Shown: positions 1 to 8,748 of the stretch, one piece after another
Layout: each line of letters begins with the position of its first letter
How positions within the stretch are numbered: position 1 is the first letter of the stretch
Notes under the pieces: model-generated
Databases searched by the model: none
What the model saw: the letters and a program-made list of their open reading frames with translations, nothing else
What the model was told of the DNA's origin: nothing
Source: an uncultured Gemmatimonadaceae bacterium
GTDB taxonomy: Bacteria; Gemmatimonadota; Gemmatimonadetes; Gemmatimonadales; Gemmatimonadaceae
NCBI GenBank assembly: GCA_963781585.1
Contig: CAWAGQ010000007.1
Coordinates: 64,001 to 128,000 of the forward strand
DNA length: 64,000 bases
Reading direction: 5' to 3'
Made by a program: the position numbers and the translations under genes

Positions 1-357
1 GCCCGCCGTATTCGTGAGTCGCGTCTGGCCGGAGCCGTCGGCATTCATCACGTACAGGTCGAGGTGTCCCGCCCGATCGGAGGAGAACACAATGCGGTGG
101 CCGTCAGGCGACCAGTGGGGCTGCTCGTCGTTTGCGTCGTTCGTTGTCAGGGGCTGCAGTCCCGTGCCGTCCGCCGCTATGCGGTAGATGGAGAACTTGC
201 CTTCGAGCGTGGATTCAAAGACCAGCGTGCGCCCATCGGGCGACCAGTCAGGGTTGTAGTACGCGATGGGCGTGGTCGGCAGCGTGACCTGCGCCGGGAG
301 GCGCGCCCCGTACGCGACAGTCAGCACCGTGGTCATGACGACGAAGGACCTGAACAT
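1..357 (-). CDS. TolB-like PD40/WD40-like beta-propeller protein, N-terminal part (runs off window edge)
   Basis: Not in ORF track. Manual translation from ATG 357 (alternative ATG 369): MFRSFVVMTTVLTVAYGA..YNPDWSPDGRTLVFES..EQPHWSPDGHRIVFSSDRAGHLDLYVMNADGSGQTRLT; signal peptide plus PxWSPDG repeats. Confidence 0.85.
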   Translation of the reverse strand, partial: MFRSFVVMTTVLTVAYGARLPAQVTLPTTPIAYYNPDWSPDGRTLVFESTLEGKFSIYRIAADGTGLQPLTTNDANDEQPHWSPDGHRIVFSSDRAGHLDLYVMNADGSGQTRLTNTAG

Positions 358-505
358 GCGCAGTCCCATTACTATGGATGTGGACCAGACCAGACCTCAG
401 CAGGCTCCCAATTTGCGAACAACCGCGCCCGCCGCGTAGTGGATTGGTGCGCGAGTTGTCAGGGAGATGTGAAAAGCCGTGTTCCAGCAGCCGGAGGAGG
501 GTCCC

Positions 506-3139
506 CTACTCGCTCCGGATCGCGGCGAGCGGCGACACGCGCGCCGCGCGCCACGCCGGCACCAGGGCCGCAGCCGTCGCTGCAGCCAGAAGCATGGCCG
601 TCACGCCGGCGAACGCCACGGCATCGGTCGCCCCGATTCCGAACAGCAACGCCGCGATCCAGCGCGTAAGCACCAGCGCCGCGACAATTCCGACCGCGAC
701 GCCGATCGCAGCCCGCTGCAGCGCGCGACGCAGCACGATGCCGAGAATGCGCCACGTCCCCGCACCGAGCGCGCGCCGGATCCCGATCTCTCCCCGGCGG
801 CGCGAGACGTCCGCCGTGAAGACGCCGTAGATCCCGACGCCCGCCAGCAGCAGCGAGGTGAGCGAGAACGCGCCCAGCAGGAACGTGGTGAAGCGGTCGC
901 GCGCGAGCGACCGGTCCACCAGATCCTGCAGCGGCTCGACGTTGTAGACCGCGGCCATGGGATCGATCGCGGCGCTCGCCTGCCGCAGTGCCTGCATGAG
1001 TACGGACGCGTCGACGGTTCCTCGCACCACGACGTCATTCACAAGGTCGGGATACCGGGCGCTGGCCAGATACGCGGTCGGGCGCGGCGGTGTCCGCGGA
1101 TTCACGAGATGCACGTCGCCTACCACGCCGATGATCTGCGCGTGTATTCCCCCGTTGAGGGTGATGTCCACCGCGCGGCCGACCGGAGTTGCGGGCAGCT
1201 CGAGCGCCTGGACAAGCGCCTTGCTCACCACCACCCGTGGCGGCCCGTCCGGTTGCTCGTGCGCGGCGAACGGCGTGCCCGCCAGCACGGGAATGCGCAG
1301 CGTCCCGAACAGCGCCGAATCGGCAAAGCGGATGTCTGCGATGGGAGATTCGGTGCCGGGCGCCGGCGGATGCGTCGGGTCGGTCACCCTGGTGGAGGGG
1401 GCACCGCCGCGGAACGGCCGCACGGTCACCACGCTCGCTGACTGCACGCCTGGTGCGGCTCGCAGCTGCGCAACCAGCCGGTCGAAGAAGCGGCGCTGCG
1501 CGTCGGCGGATGCATAACGATCACCGGTCAGGGCCACGCGGGCCGCCACGACCTGGCGTGCGTCGAATCCCAGGTTCACGGCGCGGAGATTGGCGAAGCT
1601 CCGCGCCATCAGACCCGCCAGCACGGTGAGCACCAGCGACAGCGCGATCTCGGCGGTGATGAGCGAACCGCCGCCGAGGCGCGAGGTCGCCCGCATGCGC
1701 GTGGCTCCCACCAGTGTCGCCGGAGTATCCGCGTCGCCTGCTCCCCGAAACGCGGCGACCGTGCCGAACACCAGCGTGGCGAGTGCGGTCGCGACGATCG
1801 CCGCCAGCAGCACGGTTGAATCAACCCGGATGGTATCGACGCGAGGGACGCCGGGGGGCATCAGGATCGTCAGCACACGCACGCCTGACGCGGCCACGCC
1901 AAGTCCCGCCGCGCAGCCGAGCGCGCCAAGCAGCGCGCTCTGGGTGAAGAGCTGCCGCGCCAGACGCGATGTCGTCGCGCCGACGGCGCGGCGGACCGCA
2001 AGCTCGTGCTCGCGCCGGCGGGTGAGACCCAGCGTGAGGTGGGCGACGTTGGTGACCGACATGAGGAGCAGGAGCAGTACGCCGCCGAGCAGGAGAAGCA
2101 GCGGGAGACGCACATCACCTGTGATCTCGCGGGCCAGGCCGTTGGCGGCGATGGACCATCCCTTCTGCTCGGGATTCTCGACTGCCAGCTGCGTTCCGAG
2201 ATCGGCGAGTTCGGCGTTGGCGACGTCGAGCGATACACCCGGCCGCAGACGCCCGACCACGTGCAGCACGTGTCCCCAGGAGCGATTCTGCGGCGACGCA
2301 CCGAACGGCAGCCAGAAGTCCTGCTCGTCGATCCATCCGTAGCGCGGTGGGTCGAATCCTTCCGGCATCACACCCACGACGGTGACCGGCTGGGCGTCGA
2401 TGATCAGCGATTGTCCGACGGCAGCGCTGTCGCCACCGAACCGGCGCTGCCAGTACGCGTGGCTCAGGATCACCACGCTGGCGCCGCCGTTCGCCGACTC
2501 GGCATCCGTGAATTCACGTCCGAGGGCCGGCGTCACACCGAGCATGCCAAAGTAGCCCGGCGACACCTGCACGCCACTCACACGTTCCACGGTGGAGCCG
2601 GTGCGCACCGTCACCGGGTCGGGGATGAGCGCCGCCATTCTGGTGAACACGCGCTGGCGCGCGCTCAACGCCTCGAAGTTCGCCACCGAAACGACGTTGT
2701 ACGCGCTGCTTCCGGTCCGGCGCTCCCACACCGCGACCAGTTGCTGCGGGTCGCGATAGGGAAGGGGGGTGAGCAGCACCGCATTCACCACACTGAAGAT
2801 GGCCGTGGCTGCGCCGATGCCGAGCGCGAACGTCGCGACCGCGGCGAACGAGAAGCCGGGGTTGCGGGCGAGGAGTCGCGTGCCGAACCGGAGGTCCTTG
2901 AGGAAATCCTCGGCCGCGCTGTTGCCGCGGGCGTGGCGCCCTTCTTCCTTGAAGCGCTCGATGCCGCCGAAAGCGACGAGGGCCGCGCGCCGCGCTGCGT
3001 CGGGCGCCATTCCGCGCGCGACGTAGTCGGCGGTTTCGCGCGCGATGTGATCGCGCATCTCGGCGTCCATCTCGCGCTCGACGGCGTCGCGCCGCGCCAC
3101 GAGGTGGAGGCGGTGGCGGATGCGCAGGATCCAGGTCAT
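506..3139 (-). CDS. ADOP-family duplicated orphan ABC permease (MacB_PCD/FtsX x2) with permease-prefix domain
   Basis: Prefix EREMDAEMRDH..ARRAALVAFGG; DLRFGTRLLARNPGF..ALGIGAATAIFSVV; two FtsX halves (RREHELAVRRAVGA, RRGEIGIRRALGA); start re-picked at MTWILR. Confidence 0.92.
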   Translation of the reverse strand: MTWILRIRHRLHLVARRDAVEREMDAEMRDHIARETADYVARGMAPDAARRAALVAFGGIERFKEEGRHARGNSAAEDFLKDLRFGTRLLARNPGFSFAAVATFALGIGAATAIFSVVNAVLLTPLPYRDPQQLVAVWERRTGSSAYNVVSVANFEALSARQRVFTRMAALIPDPVTVRTGSTVERVSGVQVSPGYFGMLGVTPALGREFTDAESANGGASVVILSHAYWQRRFGGDSAAVGQSLIIDAQPVTVVGVMPEGFDPPRYGWIDEQDFWLPFGASPQNRSWGHVLHVVGRLRPGVSLDVANAELADLGTQLAVENPEQKGWSIAANGLAREITGDVRLPLLLLLGGVLLLLLMSVTNVAHLTLGLTRRREHELAVRRAVGATTSRLARQLFTQSALLGALGCAAGLGVAASGVRVLTILMPPGVPRVDTIRVDSTVLLAAIVATALATLVFGTVAAFRGAGDADTPATLVGATRMRATSRLGGGSLITAEIALSLVLTVLAGLMARSFANLRAVNLGFDARQVVAARVALTGDRYASADAQRRFFDRLVAQLRAAPGVQSASVVTVRPFRGGAPSTRVTDPTHPPAPGTESPIADIRFADSALFGTLRIPVLAGTPFAAHEQPDGPPRVVVSKALVQALELPATPVGRAVDITLNGGIHAQIIGVVGDVHLVNPRTPPRPTAYLASARYPDLVNDVVVRGTVDASVLMQALRQASAAIDPMAAVYNVEPLQDLVDRSLARDRFTTFLLGAFSLTSLLLAGVGIYGVFTADVSRRRGEIGIRRALGAGTWRILGIVLRRALQRAAIGVAVGIVAALVLTRWIAALLFGIGATDAVAFAGVTAMLLAAATAAALVPAWRAARVSPLAAIRSE

Positions 3140-3200
3140 GGCCGGTGCGTTTGACGAATGGGAGCGAGGTGAGGTGGCCCGCGATGGCGACCCGGGGCGC

Positions 3201-3252
3201 GATACATTGACATTCGACAATACGGGGCCGTATTGTCGAATGTCAAGGTATC
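3201..3252. promoter_or_regulatory. Long palindrome containing TTGACA on both strands; probable promoter/operator of the ADOP gene
   Basis: TTGACATTCGACAATACGG-GG-CCGTATTGTCGAATGTCAA is a perfect 19-bp inverted repeat (3207-3246), extendable by GATAC/GTATC; about 60 bp upstream of the ADOP start. Confidence 0.75.
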
Positions 3253-3428
3253 TGGGGGAGAGGCCGCGGAGCCGAGTCGGTGTTGGCCATTCCCCCGCAG
3301 GCTGCCTGGGCTACGCCAGGCTCGGGCGGGGTCATGGGCGATTCTCCACACCCGCCGCCCACGCGTCCATCGTGCACCACTCTCGTTGCGTCCGGGTACT
3401 CGCGTCCCCGCTGACTCCAGTTTCAGAC

Positions 3429-4628
3429 TTACGGCAACCACTGATCGGGGGTCCAGCTGGTCTCCAGTCGCCCCGAGAAGAGCAGGAATCCCAGGCACAC
3501 CGCGTTGAACGTGACCGCGAATCCAAGCAGTCGCCAGCTCGTGGACTTTCGGAGCCTGGGCCAGCGGCGCGTCCAGCGCACCACCATGCTGTGCCCGATC
3601 AGCAGGGTCGCGTGATAGAGGCCGTAGAGGATGTAGCGCTGTTCGAGTCCGTGCCACGCTCCCATCAGGAGAAACGTCACCAGGAATCCGATGTGAGACG
3701 CGATGTACCGGTTTCCGCCAAACCAGCGCCCTCTGGCCGCGGCCATCGCGAACCGCATGTAGATGTGGTCCCGGAACCAGGTCGAGAGACTGATGTGCCA
3801 GCGATTCCAGAAGTCCACGATATTCACGGCCGCGAACGGACGATTGAAGTTCCCGGGCGTTCGCACCCCGAAGAACCGACTGACTCCGGTCGCGATTGCG
3901 CTGTAGCCGGCGAAATCGAAGAAGAGATAGGAACTGTAGACGTACATGTACTTCACAACGCCCACGAATCCGGGGGATTCGGCCCGAGGGAGCACGAGTT
4001 TCTGGATCAGGGCCGCAATCACGAACTTGTAGAGCAGGCCGCGAAAGATCTGGCTCACGCCTTCGTCGAACCCGGCCAGGAACGTCTGGCGCTCCGGTAC
4101 CGCACGATAGTCCTCGGCGAACCGCCGGTAGCGGTCAATCGGGCCGGAGGAGATGGTGGCCGGGAACATGAGATAGGCCAGGTAGGTCCCCGGCTCGATC
4201 CGCGTCTCCAGCCGGTCCTGCACGATGATCAGGGCATCGACGGCGCGGAAAGTCACGTACGAAATCCCGATGAATGCCGGTCCGGCGCCCGAGCCGGACG
4301 CGGTCATCACCTTGACCATGATGAGCGGCGCAGCACTGAGGACGATGGCGGCAGCGAAGACCCCCGTCGACTTGCGATGGGCGCGTGATCGCGCGAACGC
4401 GGCCACGAGACCCAGCTGGAACGCCGCGAACGCGACAGCGATCGCGAGTTCCGGGATGGCGTGACCCCGGAGGACGGTGTGACTCGGGCCGAAGTTGACG
4501 ACCGCCATGAGGACGGTCGCCGCGAGGATCCACCCCCGCCGGGAACGCCCGGCCATACCCAGGAACACCGCCGGCAAGCCGACGGTCAGGATGACGACGA
4601 AATAGGGAAGGTCGGTATAGGGAAGCAC
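3429..4628 (-). CDS. dltB: D-alanyl transfer MBOAT protein DltB
   Basis: GISYVTFR, ISSGPIDRYRRF, YLFFDFAGYS, NFNRPF..DFWNRWHISLSTWFRD, catalytic MGAWHG; operon context. Confidence 0.95.
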   Translation of the reverse strand: MLPYTDLPYFVVILTVGLPAVFLGMAGRSRRGWILAATVLMAVVNFGPSHTVLRGHAIPELAIAVAFAAFQLGLVAAFARSRAHRKSTGVFAAAIVLSAAPLIMVKVMTASGSGAGPAFIGISYVTFRAVDALIIVQDRLETRIEPGTYLAYLMFPATISSGPIDRYRRFAEDYRAVPERQTFLAGFDEGVSQIFRGLLYKFVIAALIQKLVLPRAESPGFVGVVKYMYVYSSYLFFDFAGYSAIATGVSRFFGVRTPGNFNRPFAAVNIVDFWNRWHISLSTWFRDHIYMRFAMAAARGRWFGGNRYIASHIGFLVTFLLMGAWHGLEQRYILYGLYHATLLIGHSMVVRWTRRWPRLRKSTSWRLLGFAVTFNAVCLGFLLFSGRLETSWTPDQWLP

Positions 4629-4637
4629 GCCCGCTGC

Positions 4638-6107
4638 CTAACGCACCATCTGCGCGAGTGCCTGGCGATCCAGCTTTCCATTCGCGGTCATGGGCAGGGC
4701 GTCGAGGCAGAAGATCCGGCGCGGAATCATGTAGCCGGGCAGTCGTTCCGCCAGCCTGGCTTTGACAGACGCCGTGATGTCGCTCGCCCGGTCCGACGCC
4801 GGAGAATCCAGCACGACGAAGGCGGCCAGGGAATGCGGCAGACCGTTCCTCGGCACGACGACCGCCGCGGCGTGCTGGACGCCGGGCACGGCGCGCAACT
4901 GCGCTTCGACGTCGCCGAGTTCGATCCGATAGCCGTGCAGCTTGATCTGATCATCCTGCCGTCCATCGAAGAAAAGCAATCCGTCCTGGACGTGGCCCCG
5001 GTCCCCGGTGCGGTAGGCCCACTGCCCGTTCCAGCGAACGAACGCCCGGCCCGTCAGTTCGGGAGCGTGAAGATAGCCGGGGCTCACGTTGGGTCCGACG
5101 ACCAGGATCTCGCCCCGCTCTCCCGCCGGCTGCGACACCAGCTGGTCGTCAACCACGACGACCTGGCACCCTGGTGCTGGCCGGCCAACCGGAAGCGCCG
5201 GGTAACGGTGGAGCAGCCCCTGGTCGACACGCACCGAGGTGGTGGCGACGGTGGTCTCGGTTGGACCATACGTGTTCCAGACCTCGGCCGCAGGAAACCG
5301 CTTCAGCAGGGTCTCCGCGGTCCCGGGCGCGAGCGTCTCACCGCAGAAGAGCAACCTGGCAAGGCGCGGCAGCATCGCGGCATCGAAGCGCCGTTCGGTC
5401 AGACAGAACTGCGCGAAGGTCGGGGTGGATACCCAGGTCGTCAGGTCGGCGTTGGCCAGGATGCGAAAGGCCCGACGCGGATCCGCGACGTCTTCCCGGG
5501 TGAGACTCACGAGCGTTCCTCCCGTCACCAACGCCGGATACACGCTCATGACCGAGAGGTCAAAGGAGTAGACGGCCTGGTCGAGAAACCGCTCGCCGCC
5601 GGGAGCGAACCCGTGCTCCTCGACCATCCAGCCCACGAACTGCTCGAGGTTGGCGCGAGTAATGGGCACGCCCTTGGGGTCCCCGGTGCTGCCCGAGGTG
5701 AACATGATGTATTGCAGCTGCTCGCCGGCAGGCTGCACGGGGACTGCTGTACCGCCCTGGCGAACGATCCGGGCGATCTGGGAGGGGTCCAGGACGAGCG
5801 AGGCCCGAGCGAGCGCGATGATTCGTTGAACGCGCACGTCGGGGATTGCGCTATCGACCGGGACGTAGGGATGCCCGGCGAGCAGACAGCCGAGGAAGCC
5901 AACCAGCATCTCGGGCTCCTTGTGTCCCCGCACCAGGATCGGCGCACCCGGCGTCACACGTTGGGCGGCGATGAAACCGGCGACCGCGCGCGCGCCATCC
6001 GCCAGCGCTCCGTAAGTCAGCGTTCGACCCTCGCTTTCGAGCGCCGCGCGATCGGGAGTCGCTACGGCCCAGCGGTCCACGGCCGCGACGACATCGATCG
6101 GGATCAA
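4638..6107 (-). CDS. dltA: D-alanine--D-alanyl carrier protein ligase DltA
   Basis: YIMFTSGSTGDPKGV, YSFDLSVM, WVSTP, FCGE, NTYGPTETTVA, YRTGD, QIKLHGYRIEL, TANGKLDR. Confidence 0.95.
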   Translation of the reverse strand: MIPIDVVAAVDRWAVATPDRAALESEGRTLTYGALADGARAVAGFIAAQRVTPGAPILVRGHKEPEMLVGFLGCLLAGHPYVPVDSAIPDVRVQRIIALARASLVLDPSQIARIVRQGGTAVPVQPAGEQLQYIMFTSGSTGDPKGVPITRANLEQFVGWMVEEHGFAPGGERFLDQAVYSFDLSVMSVYPALVTGGTLVSLTREDVADPRRAFRILANADLTTWVSTPTFAQFCLTERRFDAAMLPRLARLLFCGETLAPGTAETLLKRFPAAEVWNTYGPTETTVATTSVRVDQGLLHRYPALPVGRPAPGCQVVVVDDQLVSQPAGERGEILVVGPNVSPGYLHAPELTGRAFVRWNGQWAYRTGDRGHVQDGLLFFDGRQDDQIKLHGYRIELGDVEAQLRAVPGVQHAAAVVVPRNGLPHSLAAFVVLDSPASDRASDITASVKARLAERLPGYMIPRRIFCLDALPMTANGKLDRQALAQMVR

Positions 6108-6235
6108 AAGCCCTGATAGATGAAGTTCGGCGGCGCGGCCGTCCGGAACGAGTCGACGGCCATGATCGCCAGCAGGATGGCGATGTAATAAGCGACGCGG
6201 AGCGTCAGGCTGGCGAGGCTAGCGAAGCGAATCAT
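6104..6235 (-). CDS. dltX: DltX small membrane acyl-shuttle peptide (43 aa)
   Basis: Manual translation MIRFASLASLTLRVAYYIAILLAIMAVDSFRTAAPPNFIYQGF*; one TM helix plus C-terminal FIYxxF motif; stop overlaps dltA TTG start, start overlaps dltD end. Confidence 0.9.
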   Translation of the reverse strand: MIRFASLASLTLRVAYYIAILLAIMAVDSFRTAAPPNFIYQGF

Positions 6236-7451
6236 GGTAAAACGCATTCAGGACAGAGTCGAGAACCACCCAGCCCTTGGACGTCGGGTGCTGAAAGGGA
6301 TCCTTGAGCAGCGACGGCTCATACTCCCGTTCCTCGAACGTCAGGCACTCGATCGCGTATGACGCGGCGACTGCACGCAACCGTTCGTGATATTGCTGCC
6401 TGGCCGATGCGGATATACCCCAATAGTCCATGAACGCACCCGGGAAAGGGATACTGAGCACCAACGTGCGCGCACCGAATGTGTGAAGGAGTCGGAACAG
6501 CAGATCCAGGTCCTCCCACCGAGGCTCGGTGCGCAAGGACCTGAGAAACTCCTCGTCCGATCGGACTCCCTTGAGGTTCCGGTATTCGCCCGACTGCTCG
6601 CTGAAGCGGTCCGGGAGAAACCCGAAAGCATGGTCCGGGACGCTGCGCGCATATCCTGCTTCGGCATCGCGCTTCAGGGCGTCCCAGTCCAGACGCGCGG
6701 GGTGCCGCCGTACCGGCGTACGATACTCGGGGTGCGTCCACAACAAGGCGAGCACGTTGGCCTGGTCGCCCGCTTCGAGGGCGACGTTCTGGAGGCGCCC
6801 TAGCAACTGAAGCGCGGGGTTCAGGAACCAGCGCCGCCAGTCACCGGCTGCCAGCCCTTCGAGCGTGACCCGAAGGAATGCGTCGCGTTCCAGAACCTCG
6901 GGAAACGCGAGAAGGCGGCGCGCCAGTTGCTGCTTGAACCGGGCATCCAGCCCGGGGTTGAACACCGCCTCTCCCGTCTGGAGCCGGGAGAAGTTCGCGA
7001 TGTAGCCTGTGCGACTCATCGGCATGGCAGTGAACATCAGCGGGGTGAGGATCACCACCACCCTGCGGTTCCGGAGTCCCTCGCCGACCGATGCCAACTC
7101 CGCAAGGGTCTCGAGGGTTTCTGTGGCCCGCGATCCCACCTGGAAGACCGCGAAGCCGGTCGGGAAACGCGCGAAGAACTCGGGGGCCCGATAGTCGCTT
7201 TCGCGGACCAGCTCCGAACTCCCGTACACCGGGAGCAATGCCGAATCTTCGAAGGCGGCACGCTGGAGCTCGACCCCATACGTCTTCCGGGTCAGCGTGA
7301 GCGGCGCGATCCGCTCGATGTGGGCCAGGGACTGGCGGCGGGAGACGACTCCCAGGCCTGCCACGATCGCGACCCAAAGGACCGCCGCAACGAGCGCGGC
7401 CGTCAGGTGCGGAAGCGCTCCCGGTCGCGGGGAGGCGTCCCGCGACATCAC
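6219..7451 (-). CDS. dltD: D-alanyl transfer protein DltD
   Basis: N-terminal TM anchor, LPVYGSSEL, VILTPLMF, C-terminal D..HPTSKGWV; operon context. Confidence 0.92.
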   Translation of the reverse strand: MMSRDASPRPGALPHLTAALVAAVLWVAIVAGLGVVSRRQSLAHIERIAPLTLTRKTYGVELQRAAFEDSALLPVYGSSELVRESDYRAPEFFARFPTGFAVFQVGSRATETLETLAELASVGEGLRNRRVVVILTPLMFTAMPMSRTGYIANFSRLQTGEAVFNPGLDARFKQQLARRLLAFPEVLERDAFLRVTLEGLAAGDWRRWFLNPALQLLGRLQNVALEAGDQANVLALLWTHPEYRTPVRRHPARLDWDALKRDAEAGYARSVPDHAFGFLPDRFSEQSGEYRNLKGVRSDEEFLRSLRTEPRWEDLDLLFRLLHTFGARTLVLSIPFPGAFMDYWGISASARQQYHERLRAVAASYAIECLTFEEREYEPSLLKDPFQHPTSKGWVVLDSVLNAFYHDSLR

Positions 7452-7729
7452 GAATCAGGGCCGCGGCCGGATGCCTGCGCAGCGTCGCGCAGATTCACGC
7501 GCCGTTCCACGTCCTCGATGATCGCGAGCGGTGTTGCCCACGCTTCGCGATCGAACTCCGCCGGAGAAATCTCGATATCGAAGACCTCGCACACCCTAAC
7601 GACGAGGTCGACGGTTTGAAGGGAGTCGACCACGTGCGTGGCGAACAATCTGAGATGCGGATCGCGGCGAACCTCGTCAGTCTCTGCGACGTCGGCCAGG
7701 ATGTCCAACACCTGCTCAGCAAGCGTCAT
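7448..7729 (-). CDS. dltC: D-alanyl carrier protein DltC
   Basis: VDSLQTV phosphopantetheine Ser motif and EFDREAWATP, typical of DltC; 4-bp overlap with dltD. Confidence 0.93.
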   Translation of the reverse strand: MTLAEQVLDILADVAETDEVRRDPHLRLFATHVVDSLQTVDLVVRVCEVFDIEISPAEFDREAWATPLAIIEDVERRVNLRDAAQASGRGPDS

Positions 7730-7774
7730 GCGCGTCCGTTCCGTGATGCCAAAGGCTGGGCGTTATCGACTGCC

Positions 7775-7797
7775 TCATCAAGACACCGTCTTGATGA
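7775..7797. promoter_or_regulatory. Perfect inverted repeat upstream of dlt operon (candidate operator)
   Basis: TCATCAAGAC-ACC-GTCTTGATGA; 10-bp arms, 45 bp upstream of dltC ATG. Confidence 0.55.
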
Positions 7798-8172
7798 TAG
7801 GATCCGCCCGCCGGGCCGAACGTTCTAGCGGCCCCTTCAATACTAGCGCCGCGCTGCTTTGCGAGGTAGGTCGAGAGATGGAAGGGCCATGGGTCAAAGT
7901 GACGGATTCGGCAAGACGGCCGGCGTCCACCACGTGTCCGGCGAGCTGCGCCATCGTTGCAAGGTGTTCACCAGACTCAGGATGGCCGTCGCCGCGCCGA
8001 CGGCGTCCGCGAGTCACGCCGCCCATCCCGAAGCCGGGTCTCAAGTGGAACGCTCCAGTCCAGCGGGCAATTGACAACGGGAGTAGAATACTCGCTCGCC
8101 ATCCACCTGCGCTCCCGGGCACTCCGACGGGAGGATCCCCTCCCCAGTCGGTCACCATCAGGCCAGGCCACG

Positions 8173-8661
8173 ATGCTCCGTACTCGCTACCCTCCTTTCG
8201 CTGTCATCCTCGCGATCCTCGCAGCCTGCAGCGGCAGCAAGTCCGGCGGCCCAACCGGAAACCAGGGCGGCGGCGGTACATTCACGGCGTCGATCGACAA
8301 CGTGGCCTTCAGCGCGTCATCCGTCGTCGCGTCATACGCCAGCAACGCGTTCACGATCAGCGGCTCGCAGGTCATAGCCGGAGTCACACGATCGATCACC
8401 ATTTCGGTGCCGAATGCGCCGGTCGCCGGCGTGTATGGACTCACGATCGCCGGGGCGTCGGCGACTTACACCGAGACTACGGGCGGTGTGACAGCCACCT
8501 GGTCGTGCCACATCACGCAGGGCAGTGGACAGGTCATCTTCACGGCGCTCTCGTCGTCGCGCATGCTCGCCACTTTCAATTTCCAGGCGCCCGCGGACGC
8601 GGGCGGCGGCGGGACGGGCACGAAAGTGGCGACCAGCGGTCACATCGACGTGAGGCCATAG
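8173..8661 (+). CDS. Hypothetical lipoprotein
   Basis: MLRTRYPPFAVILAILAAC lipobox, G/T linker, beta-rich body. Confidence 0.75.
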   Translation: MLRTRYPPFAVILAILAACSGSKSGGPTGNQGGGGTFTASIDNVAFSASSVVASYASNAFTISGSQVIAGVTRSITISVPNAPVAGVYGLTIAGASATYTETTGGVTATWSCHITQGSGQVIFTALSSSRMLATFNFQAPADAGGGGTGTKVATSGHIDVRP

Positions 8662-8748
8662 CGCCTGGCGCTGGACAACGTCCCTGGTGCAGCCTCCCGG
8701 CGTCGCGAGCCGGGCCACGGGTCGCCAGAGTCCGTCCCGCGGATCGGG

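Noticed and set aside
4461..6116. 551-aa + strand ORF, and other long antisense ORFs such as 46425-48548, 12327-14066 (5' part) and 51077-52330
   Set aside because: These are shadow ORFs opposite genes with clear family motifs. They are expected at this GC content, are Arg/His/Gly-rich and have no motifs.
4638..7729. NRPS-like secondary metabolite cluster (adenylation domain plus carrier)
   Set aside because: There is no condensation or thioesterase domain, and the motifs and partners are specifically DltA, C, B, D and X.
7860..8160. Small ORFs between dltC and the lipoprotein (possible dltE or relic)
   Set aside because: There is no SDR motif, RBS or convincing coding frame. It is at most an unassignable fragment.
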